39,185 bases of DNA. Origin: a virus (lineage: Duplodnaviria; Caudoviricetes). A model generated the notes under the pieces. The model searched no databases. It was given only the letters and a program-made list of their open reading frames with translations, and was not told the origin of the DNA. Within the stretch, counting starts at the first letter, position 1; each line of letters starts with the position of its first letter. A program made the position numbers and the translations under genes. Shown here one piece after another: positions 17,444 to 26,627 of this stretch. The stretch lies in IMG/VR virus record IMGVR_UViG_3300028587_000004, positions 1 to 39,185 of that record; one strand, given 5' to 3'.

Positions 17444-18475
17444 ATGTCCTCCCTGCGCGAAGCCCTTGAAACTGCCTTTGAACAACCCGCCGAAGAAGCT
17501 GTAGAAACCACAGTAGAGGTTTCTGAGACTGTAGAAGCGGCACCTGAACCTGACCCAGCCCCGGTAGAAGAAGGCCGTGCTAGGGATGAGTCGGGTAAGT
17601 TCGTAGCCAAGGACAAGGAAGAAGCCACCGCTGACGTTGTAGAAGAACTCGCAGCCGAAGCGCCTCCTCCACGGAAAGCTCCGTCTAGCTGGAAGCCTGC
17701 AGCACAAGAGGCCTTCCTTAAGGCTGATCGTGGGGAACCGCTGACGGGTGAGGAGATTCGACTTCTGACCCAAGAGGCAGAACGCCGGGAAAATGACTTC
17801 CATAAGGGTGTTTCTGAATGGAAATCACATGCAGATAAAGCTCGGGCTTATGAACAAGCCGTGACCCCGTTCAATGGTTATCTTCAACAGATAGGCGTAG
17901 ATGCGCCGACAGCGATTAGTCACCTCCTGAAGACTGAACATACGCTTCGTACCGCAGACCCGATTACCAAAGCAAACGAGTTCGCCCGTCTTGCTCGGGA
18001 GTACGGCGTCGATCTGTCCCAGATAGAAGAACCGCCACAGCATGATCCGCAGACTCAATATCTGATGAGCGAGCTAAAAGCCTTGCGAGATGAACAACAA
18101 AGGTTCTATAATCAAACTCAACAACATGAGTTAGCCAAAGCCCAAACAATCATTGAGCAAATGGCTAACGATAGTGCGAATTTCCCCCACTTCGAGGCGG
18201 TGCGGGGCGATATGGCAGATTTGCTGGAAACCGGCAAAGCCACATCGGAGAAGGAAGCCTATGAAATGGCTGTATGGATGCGCCCGGACACTAGGACAAC
18301 CCTACTGGACCAGCAACGCGCCGAAGCCCAAAGGAAAGCGATTGATGCCGCACAAGTGCAGAAAGCAAAAGCTGCTTCTGTCAGTGTAAAAGGCTCCAGT
18401 CCAGTTTCCAGTGGGGTTCAGCCTGTTAAAGGGTCGCTTCGGTCACAACTCGAAGCGGCATTTGCTGACAGATAA
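17444..18475 (+). CDS. capsid scaffolding protein
   Basis: Acidic N-terminus, RDESGKF, PSSWK, helical; directly before the major capsid gene. Confidence 0.8.
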   Translation: MSSLREALETAFEQPAEEAVETTVEVSETVEAAPEPDPAPVEEGRARDESGKFVAKDKEEATADVVEELAAEAPPPRKAPSSWKPAAQEAFLKADRGEPLTGEEIRLLTQEAERRENDFHKGVSEWKSHADKARAYEQAVTPFNGYLQQIGVDAPTAISHLLKTEHTLRTADPITKANEFARLAREYGVDLSQIEEPPQHDPQTQYLMSELKALRDEQQRFYNQTQQHELAKAQTIIEQMANDSANFPHFEAVRGDMADLLETGKATSEKEAYEMAVWMRPDTRTTLLDQQRAEAQRKAIDAAQVQKAKAASVSVKGSSPVSSGVQPVKGSLRSQLEAAFADR

Positions 18476-18487
18476 AGGAGTCCTAAA

Positions 18488-19480
18488 ATGGCTACATTTG
18501 CCAACTTGAGTGACATCGTTACCACTACCATCCAAAACCGTTCGGGTGTTCTGGCTGACAACGTTACTAACAACAATGCACTGCTGAAGAAGCTGAAGGA
18601 ACGCGGCAACGTCAAGACTGTATCCGGCGGTAACGTGATTCTTCAAGAGTTGATGTACAACGACCCGAACACTGAGAACTCCGGTTCTTACTCGGGCTAC
18701 GATGTCATTGACATTACCCCGAACAGCCCGATTTCCTCGGCTCAGTTTGACCTGAAGCAATACGCTGCTGCTGTCTCCATGTCCGGTCTTGAAATGCTCC
18801 AAAACAGCGGTAAAGAGCAGATTATCGACCTGATGGAAGGCCGTATCGAAGTTGCCGAAGCCCAACTGATGAACGACATCAACACTGGTCTGTATTCGGA
18901 TGGTACGGGTAACGGCGGTAAGGATATTACGGGTCTGGCTGCTGCTGTATCGACCTCGCCGGCTACGGGTACTTATGGTGGTATCTCCCGTGTCAATTGG
19001 TCTTTCTGGCGTAACGTTGCTTTTGATGCAACCACCGATGGCGGCGCTGCTGCTTCCTCGGCCAATATCCAGTCGTACATGAATCGCGTGGCCGTTCAAT
19101 TGGTTCGCGGTACTGATCGTCCGGATATGATCGTTGCTGACAACAACTACTACCGTTATTACCTAGAAAGCCTGCAAGCTATCCAACGTGTTACCTCGGA
19201 AAGCTCGGCTGGTGCTGGCTTCACCTCGCTCAAGTACTTCGGTGCTGGATTCAACTGCGATGTGTTCCTAGACGGTGGTATCGGTGGCGCTATCAGCACT
19301 AACCGCATGTACTTCCTGAATACCAAGTACCTGTTCTTCCGCCCTCACAAGGATCGTAACTTCGTTCCGATTGGTGGTGATCGTCAGAGCGTGAATCAAG
19401 ATGCCGTTGTCAAGCTGATTGGCTGGGCTGGTAACTTGACCTCCTCGGGCGTCCGCTATCAAGGGGTTTTGACGGATTGA
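18488..19480 (+). CDS. major capsid protein
   Basis: 330 aa; TTTIQNRS..LADNV, YSDGTG, strong AAGGAG RBS and high-expression codon bias. Confidence 0.9.
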   Translation: MATFANLSDIVTTTIQNRSGVLADNVTNNNALLKKLKERGNVKTVSGGNVILQELMYNDPNTENSGSYSGYDVIDITPNSPISSAQFDLKQYAAAVSMSGLEMLQNSGKEQIIDLMEGRIEVAEAQLMNDINTGLYSDGTGNGGKDITGLAAAVSTSPATGTYGGISRVNWSFWRNVAFDATTDGGAAASSANIQSYMNRVAVQLVRGTDRPDMIVADNNYYRYYLESLQAIQRVTSESSAGAGFTSLKYFGAGFNCDVFLDGGIGGAISTNRMYFLNTKYLFFRPHKDRNFVPIGGDRQSVNQDAVVKLIGWAGNLTSSGVRYQGVLTD

Positions 19481-19507
19481 TCGATTAATACTTGAAAGGA
19501 TAAAATC

Positions 19508-19807
19508 ATGGCTACTCCATATACCGTTACCCCACTCTTGGGTGTTGATCTGGTTAGCAAGACTTTGGCTGCCGACCTCGGCTCCGGTGGTTCGGAAGAT
19601 GCGCCGCAAATTGGTACGCAAGTATTTGCCTCCAATGGTAAGCGCTTCGTCTATGCCCAAGCTAACGCAACCATCACTGCCAGTACCGCTGTTTGCACTG
19701 TCAATGCTACGACTTTCCTTGCTACCGCCTCTGGTGGTGCATATCTGTCGCCTGCAGTTGATCTTGCTTCCGGTGATCGTGCTTGGTTCTCCGCAGCTAG
19801 CGTGTAA
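19508..19807 (+). CDS. capsid decoration/cement protein
   Basis: Small Ala-rich protein after the capsid gene; FVYAQA and RAWF motifs. Confidence 0.65.
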   Translation: MATPYTVTPLLGVDLVSKTLAADLGSGGSEDAPQIGTQVFASNGKRFVYAQANATITASTAVCTVNATTFLATASGGAYLSPAVDLASGDRAWFSAASV

Positions 19808-19814
19808 TTAGACT

Positions 19815-19836
19815 GGGGGCTTCGGCCCCCTTTCTT
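19815..19836 (+). terminator. intrinsic terminator
   Basis: GGGGGC-TTCG-GCCCCC-TTTCTT. Confidence 0.85.
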
Positions 19837-19850
19837 GAAAGGATATACAA

Positions 19851-20222
19851 ATGGCTATTCCAACTCGTCTGACTGGCACTGGCTCCTCGCCTGCAAATGC
19901 CACCCAGATTTGTGGTGATACGGCTAATGCGCTGAGTGCGACTGGTACGACTAACGCTGATGCTTTGCGTTTGAATGCTATCCACAACCGCGTCACCGTC
20001 ACTGCTTCTGGTACTGGTGTCCTTCTTCCTCCCGTTGAACCGGGCGCAGAAGTTACCGTGATGAATTCGGGTGCAAATGCACTCCTCGTTTATCCGGGTA
20101 CGACTGGCGCCCAAATCAACGCCCTTACCGCAACTACTGGTGGTTTCTCAGTAGCTGCTGGTGGTCGTGCCCGATTTATCGCATATGCCCCGACTGTTTG
20201 GGGTGCGATTCTTTCGGCTTAA
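19851..20222 (+). CDS. virion structural protein
   Basis: 123 aa; GVLLP...VMNSGANALLVYP motif. Confidence 0.7.
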   Translation: MAIPTRLTGTGSSPANATQICGDTANALSATGTTNADALRLNAIHNRVTVTASGTGVLLPPVEPGAEVTVMNSGANALLVYPGTTGAQINALTATTGGFSVAAGGRARFIAYAPTVWGAILSA

Positions 20223-20230
20223 TGCAGCAC

Positions 20231-20252
20231 CGGGGCTTCGGCCCCGTCTTTT
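20231..20252 (+). terminator. intrinsic terminator
   Basis: CGGGGC-TTCG-GCCCCG-TCTTTT. Confidence 0.8.
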
Positions 20253-20264
20253 CTGGAGCATGAA

Positions 20265-20825
20265 ATGGCAAACCCTGTACATGAATCCCACACCTTTATT
20301 GAGTTTTTCATGGAAGCGGTGGAATACAAGTTTGAGTCTGAACAAGCTGGCCGCCCGATCTTCAAGGAAATCCCGTTCTTCCGCATTACAGTCCCCGGTG
20401 ATCGTAACAACGTAACCGAAGGCAAAGTCACTGAGTATCACAAGAAGCGTTATCCGAAGGCATGGGCAGCATTCCAAGCCGGTCAAGCCCAAGGTGTTAC
20501 TGGCACTCCTCTGGAAACGTGGCCGCAGATTACCCGCTCCCAAGTCAAGGAAGCAAAGTATTACGAGATTCACACCGTAGAACAACTGTCCCAGCTTGCA
20601 GACATTCATTGCCAGCGTTTGGGTATGGGCTGGACTGATCTACGGCAGAAGGCAAAAGACTACATCGACCTCGCCGCAGGAACCGCCCATCAAACCGCAC
20701 AAGCGGCAGAGAATGAGCGCCTGAGACAAGAGATGGAAGCCATGCGCGCCCAGATTGCTGAAATCTCCGCTAACGCTGAGAAAAACAAGCCGGGGCGTCC
20801 AAAGAAAGAAACTGTAGAGGCATAG
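20265..20825 (+). CDS. conserved hypothetical protein of the morphogenesis module
   Basis: GRPIF, GTPLETWP, TVEQL, GRPKK motifs. Confidence 0.8.
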   Translation: MANPVHESHTFIEFFMEAVEYKFESEQAGRPIFKEIPFFRITVPGDRNNVTEGKVTEYHKKRYPKAWAAFQAGQAQGVTGTPLETWPQITRSQVKEAKYYEIHTVEQLSQLADIHCQRLGMGWTDLRQKAKDYIDLAAGTAHQTAQAAENERLRQEMEAMRAQIAEISANAEKNKPGRPKKETVEA

Positions 20826-20826
20826 C

Positions 20827-21729
20827 ATGACCTTACTAGAGCTGATTCAACAAGTCACTGGAGAACTCGGGCTAACTCAACCTAATATGGTTGTAGGCTC
20901 GACTGACCCGCAAATTATCCAATTTCTGGCTTTGTTGAATCGGCTCGGTAATGACCTGACCCGTCAGTTCGACTGGGAGCGCCTTAACAACGAGTACATC
21001 ATCAATACCGTTACCCTGACCACGACAGGCGACACGGTAGAAGGATCTGCAGTTATCACGAATATTCCTGATACCTCTACCTTCTCAACTCAGTACGCAA
21101 TTCAAGGTAATGGGATTACGGAGTTTTCACAGATTGAGTCTGTGGATAACTTGACTACCGTAACCATGACCATGCCGGCTACTGCCACGGCGACGGGTGT
21201 TACGCTGGAATTCGGGCAGGTTCAATACAGTCTCCCTGATGACTGGATGAAGCAAATCCCACAGACTGAATGGGACCGTACTAACCGCTGGCCTTTGATG
21301 GGACCGAATACCCCTCAAGAATGGCAATCCTTTAAATCGGGGATTGTCTATGCTGGGCCTCGCGTTCGTTTTCGCATTCTCGATAGAGCAATTACCCTAA
21401 ACCCGATTCCGGGTAATGGCTGGGTCTTTGCTTATGAGTACATTTCTAGCTATTGGGCACTTAGTGATACTGGCGTCCGTAAGGCTAAATTCACTGCAGA
21501 CACCGATACATCTATTTGGCCGGATTCCCTCTTAATCACGGGTCTAAAAGCTCAGTGGAAGGCCTCTAAGGGTCTGGATGGTACGTTTGACTTCGGTGAG
21601 TTCCGTGGCCTTCTAGAACAATGTAAGGCTCAAGACAAGAGCGCCAAGAAGTTGAGTCTTAGCCCTGTAGGGACGACTGTACTGCTGACTACCGCTAATT
21701 TACCCGATGGTTTTTTCCCGAGTAACTAA
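20827..21729 (+). CDS. head-tail adaptor (tail tubular protein A-like)
   Basis: MTLLELIQQ...YSLPDDW...; position before the nozzle gene. Confidence 0.7.
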   Translation: MTLLELIQQVTGELGLTQPNMVVGSTDPQIIQFLALLNRLGNDLTRQFDWERLNNEYIINTVTLTTTGDTVEGSAVITNIPDTSTFSTQYAIQGNGITEFSQIESVDNLTTVTMTMPATATATGVTLEFGQVQYSLPDDWMKQIPQTEWDRTNRWPLMGPNTPQEWQSFKSGIVYAGPRVRFRILDRAITLNPIPGNGWVFAYEYISSYWALSDTGVRKAKFTADTDTSIWPDSLLITGLKAQWKASKGLDGTFDFGEFRGLLEQCKAQDKSAKKLSLSPVGTTVLLTTANLPDGFFPSN

Positions 21730-21731
21730 CG

Positions 21732-22361
21732 ATGGTTACGCCTAAATTCAAAACCACATCTGTCGCGGCGCATGTAAATAGTTCATATGTGTTGCCACCG
21801 GGTTCTATTTTTAATCTTGCTAATTTGCTGATGGCTAATGCCAAAAGATTGAGAAATAATTGCAACCTTTTCGCCCATTTCAAGTCGGCAGCGAATTTCA
21901 AGCACTTGTTCCGCAGTAAGTTTTGCAGACGGGCATCGCTCTCCAAGATTTGCGGTTCCATGCCTAACAGCGTCTTTCATGTTGCTGGATGCCGTGTCAT
22001 ATCTAAGATTGCTAAGAGCATTATTGGATGGGTTCCCGTCGTAATGGCAAGTAACAAGCCCCTCTGGTCTATTTCCTACAAACGTGAGCATAATTACATG
22101 ATGCAAACGAATAACGGTCACGCAGTAATCTTTACACAAAGAAACTTGCTGCCGAAGATCGTCCTTGCAAGTTATTGGCTTAAGGAGTTTTCCTTTTATG
22201 CGTCTAGAAATACCGCTTTGCGTGAATACTACGCGGTCAAGGCTTCGCACTCTGCCAAGATCAGATGCTTCGTAAAGACCCTCGTAGCCGGGAATTGCTT
22301 TCCAGTTCTCTTCCATGTGCTTGCTCCTTTAACTCATTATAAGCGAGTGGCGCAATGGTAA
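21732..22361 (+). other. stop-free 209-codon ORF antisense to the HNH gene, starting with the relic N-terminus of the tail gene
   Basis: Begins MVTPKFKTTS like 22355; its stop overlaps ATG 22355. Confidence 0.55.
21783..22316 (-). mobile_element. NUMOD4-HNH homing endonuclease gene
   Basis: WKAIPGYEGLYEASDLGRVRS (NUMOD4), CHYDGNPSNNALSNLRY (HNH), C-terminal HTH; own TATAAT and AAAGGAG upstream. Confidence 0.92.
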
Positions 22362-23884
22362 CGCCAAAATTTAAAACTACCAGCATACCAAGCCCGATAG
22401 GAGGAATTAATGATCGAGACTCTATCGCCGACATGCCGCCTACTGATGCGGTAGTCTTGGAGAACTGGTGGCCTTACCCTTCCTATTGTGGTATTCGCAA
22501 GGGTAAATTGAACCATGTAACCGGGTTTGTAAGCCCTGTAGAAACGCTGGTCGAGTACCTTCCGACTGATGGGGTATCTACTTTATTTGCGGCGGCTGGA
22601 ACGTCTATTTATGACGTAACGGCAGAGGGGCCTTTAGGTGCTGCTGTACAGACAGGTTTAACCAATGCACGTTTCCAAGACGTACAGATAACAACTCCCG
22701 GTGGTAGCTTCTTATACCTGTTCAATGGCGCTGACTCTCCCCGTCTTTGGGATGGTACTACTTGGACCGCTGTAACTGGAGTATCAACACCTGCTATCAC
22801 AGGCCTGACTACATCCGAAATTATTCATGGTTGTGTCTTCAAGAACAGACTATTCCTTGTCACTATCGACAGTCTCGAGCTTGCCTATCTACCCGTCTTG
22901 AGTATTGGTGGTGCTGCTTCATTCCTTGATCTTGGGTCGATATTCCGCCACGGTGGTTACATCATGGCCGTCTATCCTTGGACGATTGACGCAGGGGACG
23001 GGGTCGATGATCACCTTGTAGTCATCTCGTCAATGGGGGAAATCGCCGTCTATCGAGGAACTGATCCTTCATCCTCCTCTACTTGGCAGCTTGTCGGTGT
23101 GTGGATGCTCGGGAAACCTATTGGCCGAAGGTGTGGGGTCAAGTTCGGTGGTGATCTAGCCATGAATACTACGGAAGGCGTCTATCCGCTCGGCAAGGGT
23201 CTTTTGTCGGCTTCTGTTGATCGCCGGGTAGCACTGACAGACAAGATTCAGAACTCAGTTTCCATCGCGGCAAACTCCTTCTATAGCAATTTTGGTTGGC
23301 AGTTGTGTCTATATCCTGATGCAAATATGTTAATCCTCAACATTCCTTCTACTTCTCAGAAGTACCAGTACGCTCAAAATACCATTACAGGGGCGTGGGC
23401 TAAATTCACAGGCTGGGCGGCTAACGTCTGGCTGAATGCCTCGACAGGTCTTTACTTTGGGAACTCGACCACTGTTTCTAAAGCATGGACGGGGAACCTT
23501 GACGACTCAACTCCGATTCAAGCGGATTGCCTACCCGCTTTTAGTTATTTCGGGAGTAAGTCGTTTAACAAGTATTTCACAATGGTTCGCCCTTATATCC
23601 AGACCAGCGGAACCCCGTCAATTCTCTACGGATTGAATACCAATTATCTAGCCCAGCCTGCAACTGGGAGCCTAAGTTACACACCCCCCACCGGGATGGT
23701 TTGGGGTTCTATGGTTTGGGGTTCTATGGTTTGGGGTGGTTCATTAGCTCAAGTCACTGGATGGAATACCGTAGGGGCTGTAGCTAACTCTGCTGCCCTC
23801 CGTTTAAAGGTTCAAGGGAACGGTGCTGATGTGCAATTTTCAAACGTTGATTATGTCTGGCAATCCTCTAACGGTGTTCTGTGA
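22355..23884 (+). CDS. tail nozzle / DNA stabilisation protein (P22 gp10 or tubular B-like)
   Basis: 509 aa, beta-propeller-like; PSPIGGIN.D, FKNRLF motifs; position. Confidence 0.75.
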   Translation: MVTPKFKTTSIPSPIGGINDRDSIADMPPTDAVVLENWWPYPSYCGIRKGKLNHVTGFVSPVETLVEYLPTDGVSTLFAAAGTSIYDVTAEGPLGAAVQTGLTNARFQDVQITTPGGSFLYLFNGADSPRLWDGTTWTAVTGVSTPAITGLTTSEIIHGCVFKNRLFLVTIDSLELAYLPVLSIGGAASFLDLGSIFRHGGYIMAVYPWTIDAGDGVDDHLVVISSMGEIAVYRGTDPSSSSTWQLVGVWMLGKPIGRRCGVKFGGDLAMNTTEGVYPLGKGLLSASVDRRVALTDKIQNSVSIAANSFYSNFGWQLCLYPDANMLILNIPSTSQKYQYAQNTITGAWAKFTGWAANVWLNASTGLYFGNSTTVSKAWTGNLDDSTPIQADCLPAFSYFGSKSFNKYFTMVRPYIQTSGTPSILYGLNTNYLAQPATGSLSYTPPTGMVWGSMVWGSMVWGGSLAQVTGWNTVGAVANSAALRLKVQGNGADVQFSNVDYVWQSSNGVL

Positions 23885-24276
23885 TCTATCTTAATGACGA
23901 TGTAACAGGGCCTTGGGTATGCGAAAAAGCGGGTGGAACATGGGTGAAAGGAAGAGGTAGCACGATTGGATGGGTTAAGGATGATTGGTTAGTGGCCGGA
24001 GTGTTATATGAAGACTTCAATGGTGCAAATATCCTTGCCCACATAAGGGGTGAAAAAGGATGGGCTAATCGAGAATTCATCCGAATCATGTTTGACTACC
24101 CCTTTAATCAATTGAAGGCAACAAGGATTACTGCTCCAATTAAAAGCACAAACAAAGTTGCGCAAGAGTTTGTACAAAGGTTAGGGTTTGAGCTAGAATG
24201 CAAGTTAGATCGGGCAACCCCTGACGGCGATTTGCTTCTGTACCGGATATTCCGGGAAGAATGTAGATATTTGTGA
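23881..24276 (+). CDS. GNAT-fold protein of the podophage tail module
   Basis: FDYPFNQL...N...RLGFELE. Confidence 0.75.
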   Translation: MIYLNDDVTGPWVCEKAGGTWVKGRGSTIGWVKDDWLVAGVLYEDFNGANILAHIRGEKGWANREFIRIMFDYPFNQLKATRITAPIKSTNKVAQEFVQRLGFELECKLDRATPDGDLLLYRIFREECRYL

Positions 24277-24283
24277 GGTTGTC

Positions 24284-25438
24284 ATGCGATTCCATCATTT
24301 AGACATTCCAGAGTTTCACCAAGAAGGGTTTAAAAAAGACCCACTTGGCCGACTCCGCCTATATGGCAAAGGGGATGCTCCAGAAGCACCGGATTACAAA
24401 GGCGCTGCACAAGAAACCGCTCAGGGGAATCGTGAGGCTGCAGAATACACAACTAAGGCGAATCGAATTAATCAATTCACGCCTTATGGTTCTCTGACGT
24501 ACCAATACAAACCACAGTACACTACTGACCCTAAGACGGGTAAGCAGGTAGAGACGGGAGCTGGCTGGACGCAGAATATGAATCTGACGCCAGAAGCCCA
24601 AAGGGCGCTCAATGAGCAACTATCCCTAAATACTAAGTATGGTCAGGTCGCTAACATAGGATTTGATAAAGCTCGACAGTTATTTGAGAACCCTGAGCTA
24701 GATACCTCGCAACTCCCACAAAGAGCGATTGACGTAGGACAAACCGCACAACAAGCGATTATGTCCCGTCTTCAGCCTCAGCTTCAACAGTCTGAGGAGG
24801 CTTTGCGTCAACGACTTGCCAATCAAGGTATTGGTCTAGGTTCGACTGCGTACGGAAGAGAGCAGAATCTCGCTGGGCAGCAACGTAACGACCTAGAGCT
24901 ACAAGCAGCATTGCAAGGTATTAATCTTGATCAGGCTAACCGTTCTGCCGCCCTTCAAGAACAAGCATATATGCAGGATCGGCCATTGAACCTGATCAAT
25001 GCCCTCCGCTCGGGTAATCAAGTTCAGGCCCCACAATTCCAACAATTTGCCCAGCAACAGCAAGTTCAAGGCCCTGATTACCTGAATGCTGCTAATGCTC
25101 AGTATGGTGCAAATATTGAAAGCTCAAATGCTCAGAAGGCTCAAGGTTCTGGTTTAGGTGCTGTGGCAGGTGGGATTGCAGGCGGCATGTTTGGCGGTCC
25201 AATTGGAGCATCTCTAGGATCATCTTTGGGGGCTGGGCTTTTTTCTGATGAACGCCTGAAGACCAATATTAAACGTATCGGAACTGTGGATGAACTCGGA
25301 GTTGGTTTGTACTCCTACAACTATGTATGGGGCGGGCCTACCCATGTCGGTGTGATGGCTCAGGAACTTGAAAAAGTAATGCCTGAAGCCGTGTTTGAGG
25401 TTGATGGTTATAAGGCGGTGGATTATGGACGACTTTGA
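24284..25438 (+). CDS. DNA ejection/pilot protein with C-terminal peptidase S74-like domain
   Basis: APEAPDY N-terminus, Gln-rich body, Gly-rich hydrophobic segment, SDERLKTNI...GVMAQE...VDY. Confidence 0.7.
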   Translation: MRFHHLDIPEFHQEGFKKDPLGRLRLYGKGDAPEAPDYKGAAQETAQGNREAAEYTTKANRINQFTPYGSLTYQYKPQYTTDPKTGKQVETGAGWTQNMNLTPEAQRALNEQLSLNTKYGQVANIGFDKARQLFENPELDTSQLPQRAIDVGQTAQQAIMSRLQPQLQQSEEALRQRLANQGIGLGSTAYGREQNLAGQQRNDLELQAALQGINLDQANRSAALQEQAYMQDRPLNLINALRSGNQVQAPQFQQFAQQQQVQGPDYLNAANAQYGANIESSNAQKAQGSGLGAVAGGIAGGMFGGPIGASLGSSLGAGLFSDERLKTNIKRIGTVDELGVGLYSYNYVWGGPTHVGVMAQELEKVMPEAVFEVDGYKAVDYGRL

Positions 25439-26627
25439 CCTGCAGCAAAGGCAATTAGAGCAGCGCCGAATGATGGCTAACCAACTTCGGCAGACTGAGA
25501 TTCCACAGGGTCGAATGGTGGGGCGTATCTTCGTCAAACAACCCGGTGAGGCTATCGCGGCTGCGCTTCGTCAATATGCTGGCATGAGTGAATTGAAGGA
25601 TGTGGATAAAGCATCTCAAGACCTCTCGCAACGTAAGCAACAGATTGAACAGGGTGATCTGCAGAAGTTCGCCCAAGCCTTGCGTGGGACGCCTGAGATG
25701 GTAAATGCCCCGGCGACTCCGATGGATGATGAAGGCAACGTAATGCCGACAACGACCACTGCTGCTCAAAAGGGTGATCCATATGCGGCTTACACAGGAC
25801 TATCTGCAAGTCAGATTCCTGCACTTCGTCAGGCTGGCCTACAGGGTCTGTCTCAGTTCCCGCAGATGGAAGCCCGTCAGGCAGAGCGTGAGGCTGATCG
25901 TCAGTTCCGCATGCAGCAAGCTGAAGCGCAACGTCAAGCCCGTGCAGATCAAATTGCACAACAGCAAGAGTTTCAGCGTGAAATGAAGCGCATGGGTGGT
26001 GCTGGCGCTCAACCTTACTTTCAGCCTGTACAGACGGCTCAAGGCGTTATGGCATTCAATGCCCGCACTGGTCAAATGGAGCCTATTCAGGCAGGCGGTA
26101 GGAGTGTTCTAGGCGCTCAATACGATCCTTCTCTGCAAGGTGAATTGATGCGCTCCAAGGAAGGCGCTAAGGCTGGCGTAGAACTTGGGGTAGAGAAAGG
26201 TAAAGCTGTCCGTAAGGCTGATCAGATGATTGGGCAACTTGATCAAGCAGAAAAGTTGTTAAAGGAAAAGCCAACTGCTAGTGGAGTCGGCTCTGCCTTG
26301 GATACCGCTGGCCGGGCTATTGGTGTGACCAGTAAAGGCGCTCAAACCGCAGCACAGCTTGAAGCTCTTTCGGGTTGGCTGGTTGCGAATGTCCCGCGCA
26401 TGGAAGGCCCGCAGTCTAACTTCGATGTACAAAACTATCAGACGATGGCTGGCAAGATTGGTGATCGCACTGTTCCTGTTGCTGAACGCGAAGCCGCTTT
26501 GAAGGAAGTTAAGCGCCTTCAGCAGAAGTACAAGGAAATAAACCAAGAGCCTGTTGCCCAACCAAGTGCGGCCCCAGCTCAAGGCCGTGTTCGCCGGTTC
26601 AACCCAGCCACAGGGGCGATTGAATAA
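25425..26627 (+). CDS. DNA ejection (internal virion) protein
   Basis: Gln/Ala-rich helical protein; start MDDFDL. Confidence 0.65.
   Translation: MDDFDLQQRQLEQRRMMANQLRQTEIPQGRMVGRIFVKQPGEAIAAALRQYAGMSELKDVDKASQDLSQRKQQIEQGDLQKFAQALRGTPEMVNAPATPMDDEGNVMPTTTTAAQKGDPYAAYTGLSASQIPALRQAGLQGLSQFPQMEARQAEREADRQFRMQQAEAQRQARADQIAQQQEFQREMKRMGGAGAQPYFQPVQTAQGVMAFNARTGQMEPIQAGGRSVLGAQYDPSLQGELMRSKEGAKAGVELGVEKGKAVRKADQMIGQLDQAEKLLKEKPTASGVGSALDTAGRAIGVTSKGAQTAAQLEALSGWLVANVPRMEGPQSNFDVQNYQTMAGKIGDRTVPVAEREAALKEVKRLQQKYKEINQEPVAQPSAAPAQGRVRRFNPATGAIE

Noticed and set aside
18443-19099. 218-aa antisense ORF over the major capsid gene, and other shadow ORFs in the track
   Set aside because: Explained by strong codon bias of the sense gene; there is no RBS, coupling or meaningful boundary, unlike 21732-22361.
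21732-22354. Group I intron or intein carrying the HNH
   Set aside because: The HNH is antisense and fills almost the whole insert, leaving no room for a ribozyme core. The duplicated start makes splicing unnecessary, and no intein motifs are present.
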